Below, piece by piece: positions 25,659-35,861 of a stretch of 40,122 bases of DNA; the stretch's first letter is position 1; each line of letters begins with the position of its first letter. The DNA is taken from IMG/VR virus record IMGVR_UViG_3300018877_000052, positions 1-40,122 of that record; one strand, 5' to 3'. The stretch is from a virus. Lineage: Duplodnaviria; Caudoviricetes. The notes beneath the pieces were generated by a model that did no database searches, was not told the DNA's origin, and saw only the letters and a program-made list of their open reading frames with translations. The translations under genes were made by a program, and so were the position numbers.

Positions 25659-26212
25659 TTGAGTTGAACGTTGATCAGTTGTCTCGTGTGGAGAGAACGT
25701 TGGGGCATATACCTGATTCCATTCCGAAAGTGGTTGCCAGAGCAATCAATCGAGCTGCAGATACAGCCAAAACGGAAGCAGCGAAAACAGTGCGTAGAAC
25801 TTATTACATTAGCCACAAGGACGTTCTTTCCACAATGCGAATCTATCGGGCAACCCCGAACGATATGCAAGCGGCAGTTGTTTCAAAGGGTCAAGTCGTT
25901 CCTTTGGCAAAGTTTCGGATGACTCCAAAGAAACCGGATCCACGTCGCAAGAAACCGATCGTGGCAAGAGTCATGCGCGGCAGTGGCGGCCCTATCAAGC
26001 ACGCTTTCGTGGCTCGTATGAAAAGCGGCCATGTTGGTGTGTTCTGGAGAGTAGGGAAGAAACGCCTTCCGTTGGAACAACGGTTCGGACCGTCTGTTCC
26101 CGAAATGCTTAATTCACCTAGTACGATCGCATGGGTGGAAAGAAAGGCAAATGAGAAATTGGATGAACGGTTGGATCATGAGATGAAACGTGTATTGGAG
26201 GGGAACGAATGA
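25655..26212 (+). CDS. Minor tail protein Z-like
   Basis: RAINRAA, AFVA.MKSGH.GVF.R, GPSVP.M. Confidence 0.8.
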   Translation: MIELNVDQLSRVERTLGHIPDSIPKVVARAINRAADTAKTEAAKTVRRTYYISHKDVLSTMRIYRATPNDMQAAVVSKGQVVPLAKFRMTPKKPDPRRKKPIVARVMRGSGGPIKHAFVARMKSGHVGVFWRVGKKRLPLEQRFGPSVPEMLNSPSTIAWVERKANEKLDERLDHEMKRVLEGNE

Positions 26213-26679
26213 CACCGATCATGCTAGTCGATGATCTGATCGACTTTCTTAAGCCGGTTGTTGCTAATTATGAATTGGATTCAAATGTGAAGGGAGTAAG
26301 AAAGCCGCCTCAAGTGTTGGGCGGCTTTTTGCCTGATAAACGGCCTACTCAGCAGCAAGAAACACCCGATTTCCCCTGGGTGATTGTCCGGTATATCGAG
26401 GATGATGACACGGAAGAAAGCAATATGGCAACGGTAAAAATCATGGCAGGAACGTACAGCGAAGATCCGCAAAATGGCTGGCGCGATGCCCTGAATGTGA
26501 TTACCCGGATCAAGCAGGAGCTACTGAAACACCCCACTGTTAAAGAGCGCTTTCGTATTGAAAAGCCAATCAAAACCGAACTTCCCGAGGAGCAACCTTA
26601 TCCCGAGTGGGTGGCGTGGATGACATTTCAGGTAGAAATGCCGCAGATCGAAGAAGAAGGAGTGATGTACAAATGGTGA
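26209..26679 (+). CDS. Tail completion/terminator protein
   Basis: FPWVIVR, EQPYP motifs; position before sheath. Confidence 0.7.
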   Translation: MTPIMLVDDLIDFLKPVVANYELDSNVKGVRKPPQVLGGFLPDKRPTQQQETPDFPWVIVRYIEDDDTEESNMATVKIMAGTYSEDPQNGWRDALNVITRIKQELLKHPTVKERFRIEKPIKTELPEEQPYPEWVAWMTFQVEMPQIEEEGVMYKW

Positions 26680-27041
26680 CTGCAAAAAAGAAGACGATGG
26701 AAGAACAGCCAGCAGCGGTGGAGCAAGAAACCGAAATTGCTACTACAGAGGAACAAGCAGGAGAACAGGAGTCAAACAAGGTGGAATCGCCCAATAAAGA
26801 CACCTTGATTTATTGTGGACCGAGCTTGCCCAATGGGTTACTGAGTCGTTTTGTGGTCTTCCGAGGCGGCCTACCTACTCATTTAGATAAGTACTTGACC
26901 GCATGCCCAGCTCTTACAAAGTTGTTTGTTCCGCTTGAAGCCTTTGCGGACACACAAAAAGCGTTGGAAACAGTGGGGTCGGCAGAAAGTTATTTGTTTG
27001 AAGAAGTGAAAAAGCATTTTTACGGAGGTGGTAGTCAGTGA
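26673..27041 (+). CDS. Hypothetical tail-region protein
   Basis: IYCGPS motif; AAGGAG RBS before ATG 26673. Confidence 0.7.
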   Translation: MVTAKKKTMEEQPAAVEQETEIATTEEQAGEQESNKVESPNKDTLIYCGPSLPNGLLSRFVVFRGGLPTHLDKYLTACPALTKLFVPLEAFADTQKALETVGSAESYLFEEVKKHFYGGGSQ

Positions 27042-28498
27042 GTTTGAAACACGGTGTATATGGTGGCGAAGTCCCTACCTCTATAGTCTCTCCGGTTGAA
27101 GCAAGTGCAGGATTGCCAGCGGTTTTTGGTACGGCACCGATTCATTTGGCAAACACACAGGAATACGTCAATAAGCCTGTATTGGCCTATACCTATGGCG
27201 AAGCAGTTGCGGCATTGGGGTATTCGGACGATTGGGAGAAGTATTCCCTTTGCGAATACATCTACTCACAATTTCAACTGTTCAATGTAGGCCCTGTTGT
27301 CCTGGTCAACGTTTTAGATCCAGCGGAACACAAGACAAGCGTACCAAACCTAGTCATTCCTCTTGAGAAACGAGTCGCAAAAATCGAACAAGACGGTATT
27401 CTGCTTAATACCCTTCATGTTAAGACAACCTCCGGTGGTGCATCACTTGAGAAGGGAAAAGATTACACCGCCGCTTATGACAAAGATGGAAATGTAATCA
27501 TCACGGCGCTTTCTAGCGGGGCGATCCCAGAGGAGCAAGAAAGTCTGTATGTATCTTTCGATTATCTGGATGCAGGGAAAGTGACAAGCTCCGATATCAT
27601 CGGTGGTGTAGATGGAACGACTGGCGAATATTCCGGTTTAGAACTAGTAAATAAAATTTTCCCTATGTTTCGTCTTGTACCTGGGCAAATCCTCGCACCG
27701 GGTTGGAGTCAGGATCCAGTTGTGGCAGCTGTGATGAAAGCGAAATCAAGCAACATCAACAGTGTCTTTAAAGCTATTTCGATCGCCGATGTGGATTCAA
27801 GTGCATCTGCAGCAAACCTATACAGCAAGGTTCCTGCTTGGAAAAACGACAACAATTACACGGACCCGTTGCAAGTCGCTTGCTGGCCCAAGGTGATACT
27901 GGGCGACAAGGTCTTCCATTTGTCCACGCAAACAGCTGGTGTCATTTGCAAAACGGATGCAGACAATGACGACATCCCTTATGTTAGTCCGTCCAATAAA
28001 AACGTCCAGGCCAACGGCGTAATTACGGAGGACGGTAAAGAGGTGACGTTGGGACTTGACCAGGCCAACTATCTGAATTCGGAAGGCATTGTCACCGTTT
28101 TGAACTTTATCGGCGGCTTTAAGCTGTGGGGTAACCAAACAGCAGCTTATCCAGGCGTTACGGATGTAAAGGATTCCTTCATCGCTGTACGACGCATGTT
28201 TAACTGGTTGAATAACAGCCTCATTCTAACCTATTGGCAGTATGTAGACGATCCAACCAATCGCCGTCTCATTGATTCAGTTGTGGACAGCGTAAACATT
28301 TGGTTGAATGGTCTATCTGCACGTGGGGCGCTACTGGGTGGGAGTGTCGCGTTTTTGAAGGAAGAAAACCCAATCACTGATTTGTTGCGAGGAATCGTTC
28401 GTTTCCATGTGTACGCAGGCGGGCAGGTTCCAGCTCAAGAAATTGACTTCATTCTTGAGTACGATGTGTCCTATCTGCAGACGCTCTTTGCTGCTTAA
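27038..28498 (+). CDS. Contractile tail sheath protein
   Basis: HGVY, GTAPIH, SPSNK, LWGN, VRRM motifs. Confidence 0.95.
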   Translation: MSLKHGVYGGEVPTSIVSPVEASAGLPAVFGTAPIHLANTQEYVNKPVLAYTYGEAVAALGYSDDWEKYSLCEYIYSQFQLFNVGPVVLVNVLDPAEHKTSVPNLVIPLEKRVAKIEQDGILLNTLHVKTTSGGASLEKGKDYTAAYDKDGNVIITALSSGAIPEEQESLYVSFDYLDAGKVTSSDIIGGVDGTTGEYSGLELVNKIFPMFRLVPGQILAPGWSQDPVVAAVMKAKSSNINSVFKAISIADVDSSASAANLYSKVPAWKNDNNYTDPLQVACWPKVILGDKVFHLSTQTAGVICKTDADNDDIPYVSPSNKNVQANGVITEDGKEVTLGLDQANYLNSEGIVTVLNFIGGFKLWGNQTAAYPGVTDVKDSFIAVRRMFNWLNNSLILTYWQYVDDPTNRRLIDSVVDSVNIWLNGLSARGALLGGSVAFLKEENPITDLLRGIVRFHVYAGGQVPAQEIDFILEYDVSYLQTLFAA

Positions 28499-28517
28499 TA
28501 ACCGGAGGTGAAATCGG

Positions 28518-29039
28518 ATGAACAAGATTCCTGAAAGATTAAATGATTTTCGTGTATACCGAAACGGGACAAGTGATCTTCTCGGGGTGGCAGATATTAC
28601 ACTTCCATCACTTGAGCCCTTAAAAGAAAGCCTGAAAGGTGCTGGCTTTGCGGGTGAATATGAATCCCCTACTCTCGGTCACTTCCAAAGTATGAAACTG
28701 GGACTTAATTGGCGGACGATTTCGAATGAGCAAATCAAGTTGTTCCGTCAAGAAGCACAGCGATTGGATTGTCGAGGAGCCAATCAGATTTACGATGCAG
28801 CAACCGGTAAATACTCATTCCCGTCGATTCGCGTAGTAGTTCAAGGGCCGCCTGGTAAGTTGGATTTTGGCAAAATGGAAAAGGGGGCAACTTCTGACGG
28901 GAATAACGAAATTGAGTGCCTGTATTTGAAGGTGGAAGTGGACGGCAAAACCTTGATCGAGATCGACAAACTCAACTACGTCTGCATCATTGATGGCGTA
29001 GATATTTTGAAAGATATCAGAAAGGCCCTTGGGCTGTAG
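28518..29039 (+). CDS. Major tail tube protein (P2 FII-like)
   Basis: ITLP, GAG.AGE, IEID.LN...IDGVD. Confidence 0.92.
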   Translation: MNKIPERLNDFRVYRNGTSDLLGVADITLPSLEPLKESLKGAGFAGEYESPTLGHFQSMKLGLNWRTISNEQIKLFRQEAQRLDCRGANQIYDAATGKYSFPSIRVVVQGPPGKLDFGKMEKGATSDGNNEIECLYLKVEVDGKTLIEIDKLNYVCIIDGVDILKDIRKALGL

Positions 29040-29051
29040 GAGGCATATACC

Positions 29052-29408
29052 ATGATCGTTCCTTTGAAAAAAACACTCAAAAAAGATGGACAAGAAATTA
29101 CTAGCCTAAACCTTGACTTTGACTCCCTCACCGGGTTGCAAATCGCGGAAGCGGAACAAGAAGCAAGACTAGCTGGGAACCGAACCCTTACACCGTTGCA
29201 TACCACACATGGACAGGCATTTGTTGCGGCCAAAGCTTGCGGGATGATTCCGGATGATATTTTCAAACTAGGAGCCAGCGACTTCTTGAACGTGACAGGA
29301 TTGGTCTTCATTTTTTTAAACGATGGGGATTTGCCGGAGATGAAGAAGGAGAGCACGGAGGCGAAAGAGAAGATTCCGCACTCCACCGATTCCGAAAGCA
29401 AATCCTAA
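29052..29408 (+). CDS. Tail assembly chaperone (gpE-like)
   Basis: LDFDSLTG motif; between tube and tape measure. Confidence 0.85.
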   Translation: MIVPLKKTLKKDGQEITSLNLDFDSLTGLQIAEAEQEARLAGNRTLTPLHTTHGQAFVAAKACGMIPDDIFKLGASDFLNVTGLVFIFLNDGDLPEMKKESTEAKEKIPHSTDSESKS

Positions 29409-29521
29409 TACTTGCAAGCAAATCCTCCACCTCAGTTGAATACTGGATGGGATTGCGGCTGGCCGATCTGAATGATTGGATGAAAGCCGGTGTTGAATTG
29501 TGGCCGGGGGAGGAGAAATAG
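29312..29521 (+). other. -1 programmed frameshift site T TTT TTA and gpE'-like extension frame
   Basis: -1 frame is open from 29312 to TAG 29519-21 (...STSVEYWMGLRLADLNDWMK...), ending 1 bp before the tape measure ATG. Confidence 0.8.
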
Positions 29522-31825
29522 ATGGCCCGGAAAATACATGAAATCAGTTTTAATATTGCGGGGCGGATAGAAAGCACCTTCAAGGGGGCGTTTTCTTCCG
29601 CCTCTTCTCAAATCCGAACTCTTGGAAACGATGTAAAAACATTGAAGGGAACACTGCGCACCCTGGACGATGAATACAAAAAGGGTGCGATGGCAACTGA
29701 AGCATACCAGAGGGCCCATCAGCGACTAACGTCTCAACTGGAGAAAACCGAACAAGTGCAAAAACGTCTAAGAGATGCGACTCAACAACAGAGTGAGCTG
29801 CAACAGCGTGCTGCAGACATCCACGGGAATATGGTAGATACAGCAGTGATGGCATCTCCATTTGTGGCTTCTGCAAAAGCAGCCATGAATTTTGAGGATG
29901 CGATGTTGGGCGTAGCGCGACAGGTACAAGGTGCCCGAGATAGCAATGGACAGTTAACCCAGGTCTATTACGATATGGGGAAACAGATCCAGCAGCTGGG
30001 GCGAGAAATCCCGATTGCAACGAATGAAATTGTTGAGATGGTTACGGCGGGCGCTCGTATGGGTGTCGCTCGTGAGGAGCTAATTGGCTTTACTCGGACG
30101 GCAGCAATGATGGCCACCGCATTCGATGCACCAGCAGGTGAGCTTGCGGAGAAAATGGGAAAGGTCGCAACCAACTTCAAGATACCCATCACAGCTGTAA
30201 ATGGATTAGCGGATTCCATCAACTACCTAGATGATAATGCCATCAGTAAAGGCACAGACATCATCGAAGTCTTGAACCGCATTTCAGGACAAGCCCAGCA
30301 GGTTGGCATGTCGTCCAAAGATGCAGCTGCCTTGGCATCGACCTTCCTTACCACCGGCTCATCAGCGGAAGTGGCGGCAACCGCAGCAAACGCCATGATG
30401 CGTGAGTTGGCAATCGCCTCCGAGCAACCGGCCAGATTTGATGAGGGTTTGAAAGCGCTGGGACTTACCGCCTCAGAAGTCCAAAAAGGTATGGCAAAGG
30501 ATGCAACAGGAACCATCCAAAAGGTCCTAACTGCCATCAATAAGCTGCCAAAGGATCAGCAAACGGCTGTAACGGTTCAGCTATTCGGAAAAGAATATGG
30601 GGACGACGCTGCAAGGCTGGCACAAAACATTGGAGAATTCCGCAGACAGCTTGCTTTGGCAAATGGCGAAGCAGCCAAAGGATCAATGGGCAGAGAGTTT
30701 GCCGCGCGACTTCAAACATCATCCGCCCAAATGCAGATGATGAAAAATAGCATGACTGAGGCGGCCGTCGCCATGGGAACTGTAATGCTCCCCACCTTAA
30801 ACGAAGTCTTTTCCGGCGTTGCTCGAGTGTCCCAAAAGGTGGCTGAACTATCAGCTGAACATCCCACACTAACCAAAGTGATTGTGTTAGGGACTGCTGG
30901 GCTCATTGCGTTCCGAGTTGCCACACTTGGTGTAAGCTTCGCTATGAATTCGGCCAAGATCGCTGGTAATGCTTTGTCAATTATGTTCTTGCGACAAACG
31001 GCCGCACAAACAGCTGCCACGACTGCCAGTACAGTTGCAGCCGTAGCCACACAGCGCCTTACAATCGCCCAGCGTCTGCTTAATATCGCGATGTCTTTGA
31101 ATCCGATCGGTCTTGTCATTACGGGGATCGGACTCCTGGTTGCTGCAGGTGTTTACCTGTACAACAACTGGGAACAAGTGAAGCAAAAAGCCACTCAGTT
31201 ATGGGAAGTCATTCAGAATAACCCCATCTTGGCTGTCATCGCGGGTCCGATCTCGAATATGATCGCGGCTGGCTCTTTTCTCATTAGCCATTGGGACAAT
31301 CTTGGGCAAGGGCTTTCCGATTTATGGATAAGGATTTCAAACTACTTCCGTGAGGGAGCAAACAATGTCATCCAGTCGCTCAACAATATCATAGATGGGA
31401 TCAACAATTTGACAGGCACATCCATCCCCAAACTACAGGAGTTACAGCTAGATTACTCTGTTCAGGTGCGGCAAATGAATGAACGGAAGATAGCCCGAAA
31501 CATGGATGTGGACGGTTCCCATGCGAATGGTTTGCGGGAGGTACCCTTTAATGGGTACATAGCTGAGTTGCACGAAGGTGAAGGTGTTTTGACGAAAGCC
31601 GAGAACAAACGATATTTGAACGGCGAAGCGCCTGCCTGGAGTAGCCGGAGTCGCTCAATGGCAACTGGAGGATCTAGTCAAACCGTGCAATTTGTCTATG
31701 CACCAAACATCCAGGGAGGAAATGCAGGAGAAATAGCGCAGGTTCTCCAGGAAGATAGGAGATCATTTGAAACGCAAGCGAACGCTTGGATACATCAGCA
31801 GAGGAGGGTGTCTTTCAGTGTCTAA
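29522..31825 (+). CDS. Tail tape measure protein (TP901-like core)
   Basis: Ala-rich helical protein, AMNFEDAM, LFGKE, NPIG, ELHEGE. Confidence 0.93.
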   Translation: MARKIHEISFNIAGRIESTFKGAFSSASSQIRTLGNDVKTLKGTLRTLDDEYKKGAMATEAYQRAHQRLTSQLEKTEQVQKRLRDATQQQSELQQRAADIHGNMVDTAVMASPFVASAKAAMNFEDAMLGVARQVQGARDSNGQLTQVYYDMGKQIQQLGREIPIATNEIVEMVTAGARMGVAREELIGFTRTAAMMATAFDAPAGELAEKMGKVATNFKIPITAVNGLADSINYLDDNAISKGTDIIEVLNRISGQAQQVGMSSKDAAALASTFLTTGSSAEVAATAANAMMRELAIASEQPARFDEGLKALGLTASEVQKGMAKDATGTIQKVLTAINKLPKDQQTAVTVQLFGKEYGDDAARLAQNIGEFRRQLALANGEAAKGSMGREFAARLQTSSAQMQMMKNSMTEAAVAMGTVMLPTLNEVFSGVARVSQKVAELSAEHPTLTKVIVLGTAGLIAFRVATLGVSFAMNSAKIAGNALSIMFLRQTAAQTAATTASTVAAVATQRLTIAQRLLNIAMSLNPIGLVITGIGLLVAAGVYLYNNWEQVKQKATQLWEVIQNNPILAVIAGPISNMIAAGSFLISHWDNLGQGLSDLWIRISNYFREGANNVIQSLNNIIDGINNLTGTSIPKLQELQLDYSVQVRQMNERKIARNMDVDGSHANGLREVPFNGYIAELHEGEGVLTKAENKRYLNGEAPAWSSRSRSMATGGSSQTVQFVYAPNIQGGNAGEIAQVLQEDRRSFETQANAWIHQQRRVSFSV

Positions 31826-32024
31826 GGTGTACACAACCATACAAGGAGATATGTGGGATGCAATCGCACGTAAAACGCTGGGGAACGAATACCTGATGCA
31901 TGCCTTAATTGATGCCAATCCCATGCATATCGATACCGTCATTTTTCCAGCAAATGTTCAGCTCGTTATTCCCGCGGTTGAACAAGCAGAGAGCGAAAAT
32001 CTTCCTCCTTGGAAAAGGGAGTAA
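31818..32024 (+). CDS. Tail protein X (LysM-like)
   Basis: YTTIQGDMWD.IA...LPPWK. Confidence 0.88.
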   Translation: MSKVYTTIQGDMWDAIARKTLGNEYLMHALIDANPMHIDTVIFPANVQLVIPAVEQAESENLPPWKRE

Positions 32025-32030
32025 TGCAAG

Positions 32031-33047
32031 ATGAAAACACGCAGAGCCAGGCTGCAAGTCATGTACGAGAGCAAAGACATCTCGGAAGACTTACAGCCTT
32101 ATTTATTGGGGTGGACCTACACGGATAATCTCAGCGGTCAAGCCGATGATCTTCAGTTGAACCTGGAAGATAAGGATCATCTTTGGAGTGGAAGCTGGAT
32201 GCCGGACGAAGGAGCCTCCATGACCGCGAAGATTATTCGAGAGAACTGGGCTCAGGAAGGGAAGAGCGACTCGCTTCCTCTCGGTTCCTTTGAGATCGAT
32301 GAGATCGAGATCAACTTTCCACCTTCCACAGTCGCGATTAAGTCCATTTCTGTGCCGGAGTCCTCTTCCTTGCGAGGACAAAAGAAAAATAAAGCCTGGG
32401 AGAAAACCAAGCTTTCATTGCTGGCCCGTGAAAAGGCAAACGGTTCCGGGCTGAAATTGTTCTATGAATCTGCAGACGATCCCGATTATGACCGGATCGA
32501 GCAAACCGAAGAGACAGATCTCATTTTTTTGATGCGATTATGTAATGATGCAGGGTTGTGCCTCAAAGTGACAGGCACACAGCTGGTGATTTTTGATGAG
32601 GAGAAATACGAGGCGCAAGCGCCGATAACCACCCTTACAAAAGGGGATCGAAATATTAAGTCATTCCGCGCTAGAACAACAACAGGTGGTACGTATCGCT
32701 CCTGTCATGTGGCTTATACAAGCCCAAAAGGGAAAAAGAAGATCAGCTATACGTATACGCCACCAAAAGCACCCAAGACCGGGCGGACCTTGTATATCTA
32801 TCAGCGAGTTTCCTCCGTTGGGGAGGCGCAACGCCTGGCCAAAAAGAAGCTGAGAGAAGCGAACAAGAACGCTGTCTCTGTCTCTATGACTCTAATGGGA
32901 GACGTTCAATTTGTTGCGGGCGTAACAGTGTCCTTATCCGGGTTTGGGAAGTTTGAGGGGAAATACATCATCACACAGGCCACTCATAGCCAACAGAACG
33001 GATACGAAACAGCCATTGAACTAAGAAGATGTTTGGAGGGATACTGA
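32031..33047 (+). CDS. Baseplate hub / late control D protein
   Basis: YTDN..G.ADD, Q..ETD..FL.RL. Confidence 0.88.
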   Translation: MKTRRARLQVMYESKDISEDLQPYLLGWTYTDNLSGQADDLQLNLEDKDHLWSGSWMPDEGASMTAKIIRENWAQEGKSDSLPLGSFEIDEIEINFPPSTVAIKSISVPESSSLRGQKKNKAWEKTKLSLLAREKANGSGLKLFYESADDPDYDRIEQTEETDLIFLMRLCNDAGLCLKVTGTQLVIFDEEKYEAQAPITTLTKGDRNIKSFRARTTTGGTYRSCHVAYTSPKGKKKISYTYTPPKAPKTGRTLYIYQRVSSVGEAQRLAKKKLREANKNAVSVSMTLMGDVQFVAGVTVSLSGFGKFEGKYIITQATHSQQNGYETAIELRRCLEGY

Positions 33048-33472
33048 TGGACCTACTTTCGCTTTTGAAAAATTTGATCCGGGTGGGGAGAGTGTCCTCT
33101 GTCTATCCCGAACGCTGTACAGCCCGTGTTGTTTTTGACGATAGAGACGATCTTGTCTCATATGAGCTCCCTACGCTTGGACGCGGTTCATATCGAACGA
33201 AAGACTATTGGCTGCCTGAAGAGGAAGAGCAAGTCTTGTGTTTGTTCTTGCCAACCGGCAACGCGGAGGGATTTATATTGGGAACGCGATTTAATGAAGA
33301 GGATCTGCCACCAATTCAGGATAAGAACAAAAGACATCTACGTTTTGCAGATGGCACCTTCATTGAATATGATCAGGAAACTCATACTCTTACCATTGAC
33401 TTGCTTCCCACAAACGGGACAGTCATAATCAACGGCCACCTCATAGTGAACAATCCTTCAGGGGGGAGTTGA
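33047..33472 (+). CDS. Baseplate assembly protein V (spike)
   Basis: RVGRVSSV, WLP...EQVLCL, F.DGT.IEYD. Confidence 0.88.
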   Translation: MDLLSLLKNLIRVGRVSSVYPERCTARVVFDDRDDLVSYELPTLGRGSYRTKDYWLPEEEEQVLCLFLPTGNAEGFILGTRFNEEDLPPIQDKNKRHLRFADGTFIEYDQETHTLTIDLLPTNGTVIINGHLIVNNPSGGS

Positions 33473-33891
33473 TTATGGCGTTAGTTGGCACCTTTGGCGA
33501 GATCGTTTTTGAAGTCTCACATGACAGGGTCCGTACGTTTGACAATTTTTCGCGAAGTGGTTCGGGTAGATGGGCCACACACGAAGCGTATCATCAAAAA
33601 CCACTCCCTGAGTTTTTAGGACCAGGACAGGAAGAGATTTCTTTCTCTATTCGATTGAGTGCTTTTCATGGCGTTAACCCCAAGGAGGAACTTGCACGGA
33701 TGCGGAAAATGCGAGACAGCGGAGAAGCCTTTGAACTGATCATCGGCGGGGAACTGGTGGGAGATAACCTATGGATCCTGGAATCACTGCGGGAGCAATC
33801 GTCCACGTACACAGGAGACGGAAAGACACTCATAGCAAATGCTGAAATCACCTTAAAAGAATATCCGAGACGAGGTGGTTTGAAACGATGA
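33469..33891 (+). CDS. P2 GpU-like tail protein
   Basis: G.FG.IVFEVS, RWA.H, EF.GP, L.EY. Confidence 0.85.
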   Translation: MIMALVGTFGEIVFEVSHDRVRTFDNFSRSGSGRWATHEAYHQKPLPEFLGPGQEEISFSIRLSAFHGVNPKEELARMRKMRDSGEAFELIIGGELVGDNLWILESLREQSSTYTGDGKTLIANAEITLKEYPRRGGLKR

Positions 33892-34205
33892 ACGAATATG
33901 ACGTAATAGCCGAGAGCAGGAGCATTGATTTTGGTGCCACAGGAGTGAAAGAAATCCTCCAGAACGTATGGATGATCATTTCCACTGTGGTTTTTTCGTG
34001 CCCGTTGGATCGTGGGTTTGCCTGGGAACCTGTATTGGATACGCCCTCTCAATTTGCTCAAGCGAAACTAACAGCGCGGCTTACCACCGCGATTCATCAA
34101 TATGAGCCGAGAGCCCAGGTAGTTCGAATCACTTACCGTGGCGATCCATTAAAGGGACAGCTCATACCAGTTGTGAAGGTGAGGATAGCTGATGACGCGA
34201 TTTAA
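33888..34205 (+). CDS. Baseplate wedge gpW/gp25-like
   Basis: QNV..I.ST....PLDR, YEPRA. Confidence 0.85.
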   Translation: MNEYDVIAESRSIDFGATGVKEILQNVWMIISTVVFSCPLDRGFAWEPVLDTPSQFAQAKLTARLTTAIHQYEPRAQVVRITYRGDPLKGQLIPVVKVRIADDAI

Positions 34206-35304
34206 TTTGAAGGACATCACCTTTGTTGAGAAAGACCCCGAAAAGATCGAGGCAGAAGCTTTGGCCATTTATGAAGCAGAAACCGATATCCGACTTGCAC
34301 CAGCAGATCCACGCAGAAAATTCATGCAGGTACTTATCGCGCTCTTAGCACAGCAGCGGAGTAAGATCGATTTTAGTGCAAAGCAGAATTTATTGGCGTA
34401 TGCCGTTGGTGAGCACCTGGATCATCTTGGCGTACCAAGTGATACTCCCCGGTTAGAGCCGTCCTATGCGACAACAACAGAGCGATTTTACTTCTCCGTC
34501 ATTCAACAGCAGACCATTCCCAAGGGCACACGGGTAAGTCCGGGAGACGGTGTTTTTTTTGCTACCACTCAGGATGTGACCGTTCAGAGCAACCAATCAT
34601 TTGTGGATATAGAAGTGGAGTGCCTAGTGGCCGGAGATATTGGAAACGGGTATGTACCTGGGGAAATCAATCAACTGGTTGACCCATTGCCTTGGGTATC
34701 CTCCGTGGAAAACATCACAAAAAGTGAAGGTGGAGCCGATTGGGAGGCTGATGATCCTTATGCGGATCGAATTCGGCAAGCTCCAGAAAAATTCTCGGTT
34801 GCTGGCCCTGACGGAGCCTATAAGTATTGGGCAAGAACAGCCAGCTCTTTGATTGTGGATGTATCCGTTAGAAGCCCTTCACCTGGGGTGGTAGAAATTC
34901 GGCCACTTTTAAAAGACGGTGAAATACCTGGCGTGGAAATCTTGGATAGAGTGTACGAGATTTGCAATGACCGCAAAGTGCGACCACTAACGGATCACGT
35001 CCAGGTACTTGCTCCCGAAGAAGTCCCGTACACCATCACTGCAAAGTATTGGATCGGATTGGACCAAAGCACCGTTGCTTCTAGTATCCAATCAAGCGTG
35101 CAGCAAGCACTTGAAGATTATAAGCTGTGGCAAAAGTCCAAACTCGGAAGAGATATTGATCCTTCCGAATTAATCGCTCGATTGAAGAATGCGGGTGCAA
35201 AACGTGTGGTGGTAACCTTGCCGACTTTTCAGCAGCTTGAAAAATTCCAAGCAGCTAGGGAGAACAATGTCACACTGGAGTACGGAGGTTTGGAAGATGA
35301 TTGA
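34192..35304 (+). CDS. Baseplate J protein
   Basis: A.G..LD.LG, GG.D.E.D, SVAGP.GAY, RPLTD. Confidence 0.93.
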   Translation: MTRFNLKDITFVEKDPEKIEAEALAIYEAETDIRLAPADPRRKFMQVLIALLAQQRSKIDFSAKQNLLAYAVGEHLDHLGVPSDTPRLEPSYATTTERFYFSVIQQQTIPKGTRVSPGDGVFFATTQDVTVQSNQSFVDIEVECLVAGDIGNGYVPGEINQLVDPLPWVSSVENITKSEGGADWEADDPYADRIRQAPEKFSVAGPDGAYKYWARTASSLIVDVSVRSPSPGVVEIRPLLKDGEIPGVEILDRVYEICNDRKVRPLTDHVQVLAPEEVPYTITAKYWIGLDQSTVASSIQSSVQQALEDYKLWQKSKLGRDIDPSELIARLKNAGAKRVVVTLPTFQQLEKFQAARENNVTLEYGGLEDD

Positions 35305-35860
35305 TATTTACAATATTTCGTTGCTCGACATTCTCCCTTATAGCCTCCAGCAAGATCAGGATATCGTGGCCATGGCTAAAGCACTTACGCCTGAATTTCA
35401 GCAGCTTTCCAGGGAAACCAAGCTCTGCATCATTCTTGATAACATCAACAATCTTTCCTCTGACCTAGTGGACCACTTAGCCTGGGAATTACACGTTGAT
35501 TTCTATGATCCAAGCTTACCCTTGGAGGTCCGCCGCTTGCTTGTCAAAAATAGCATTCCTTGGCACCGCAGAAAGGGAACGCCAGCGGCCGTGGAAGAAC
35601 TCATCTCCACGGTATTTGGGGAAGGGCATGTCGAAGAATGGTATGAATATGGGGGAGATCCCTACTACTTCAAAGTGATTACGAACAATCGCTCTGTGAC
35701 AACAGAACAAGCGATTTTGTTTACACGTGCTCTGGATTCCGTAAAGAACACCCGATCATGGCTGGAAAAGGTTGAAATTTCTCAGGTAGAGGACCACAAT
35801 CTCTATTTTGGTGTGGCTCTACACATGGGCGAAACTCTTACATTAAGGCAGGTGACATAG
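35297..35860 (+). CDS. Tail protein I (P2 gpI-like)
   Basis: LAWE.HVD, HR.KGT..AV, EW.EYGG.PY.F. Confidence 0.9.
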   Translation: MIDIYNISLLDILPYSLQQDQDIVAMAKALTPEFQQLSRETKLCIILDNINNLSSDLVDHLAWELHVDFYDPSLPLEVRRLLVKNSIPWHRRKGTPAAVEELISTVFGEGHVEEWYEYGGDPYYFKVITNNRSVTTEQAILFTRALDSVKNTRSWLEKVEISQVEDHNLYFGVALHMGETLTLRQVT

Positions 35861-35861
35861 G

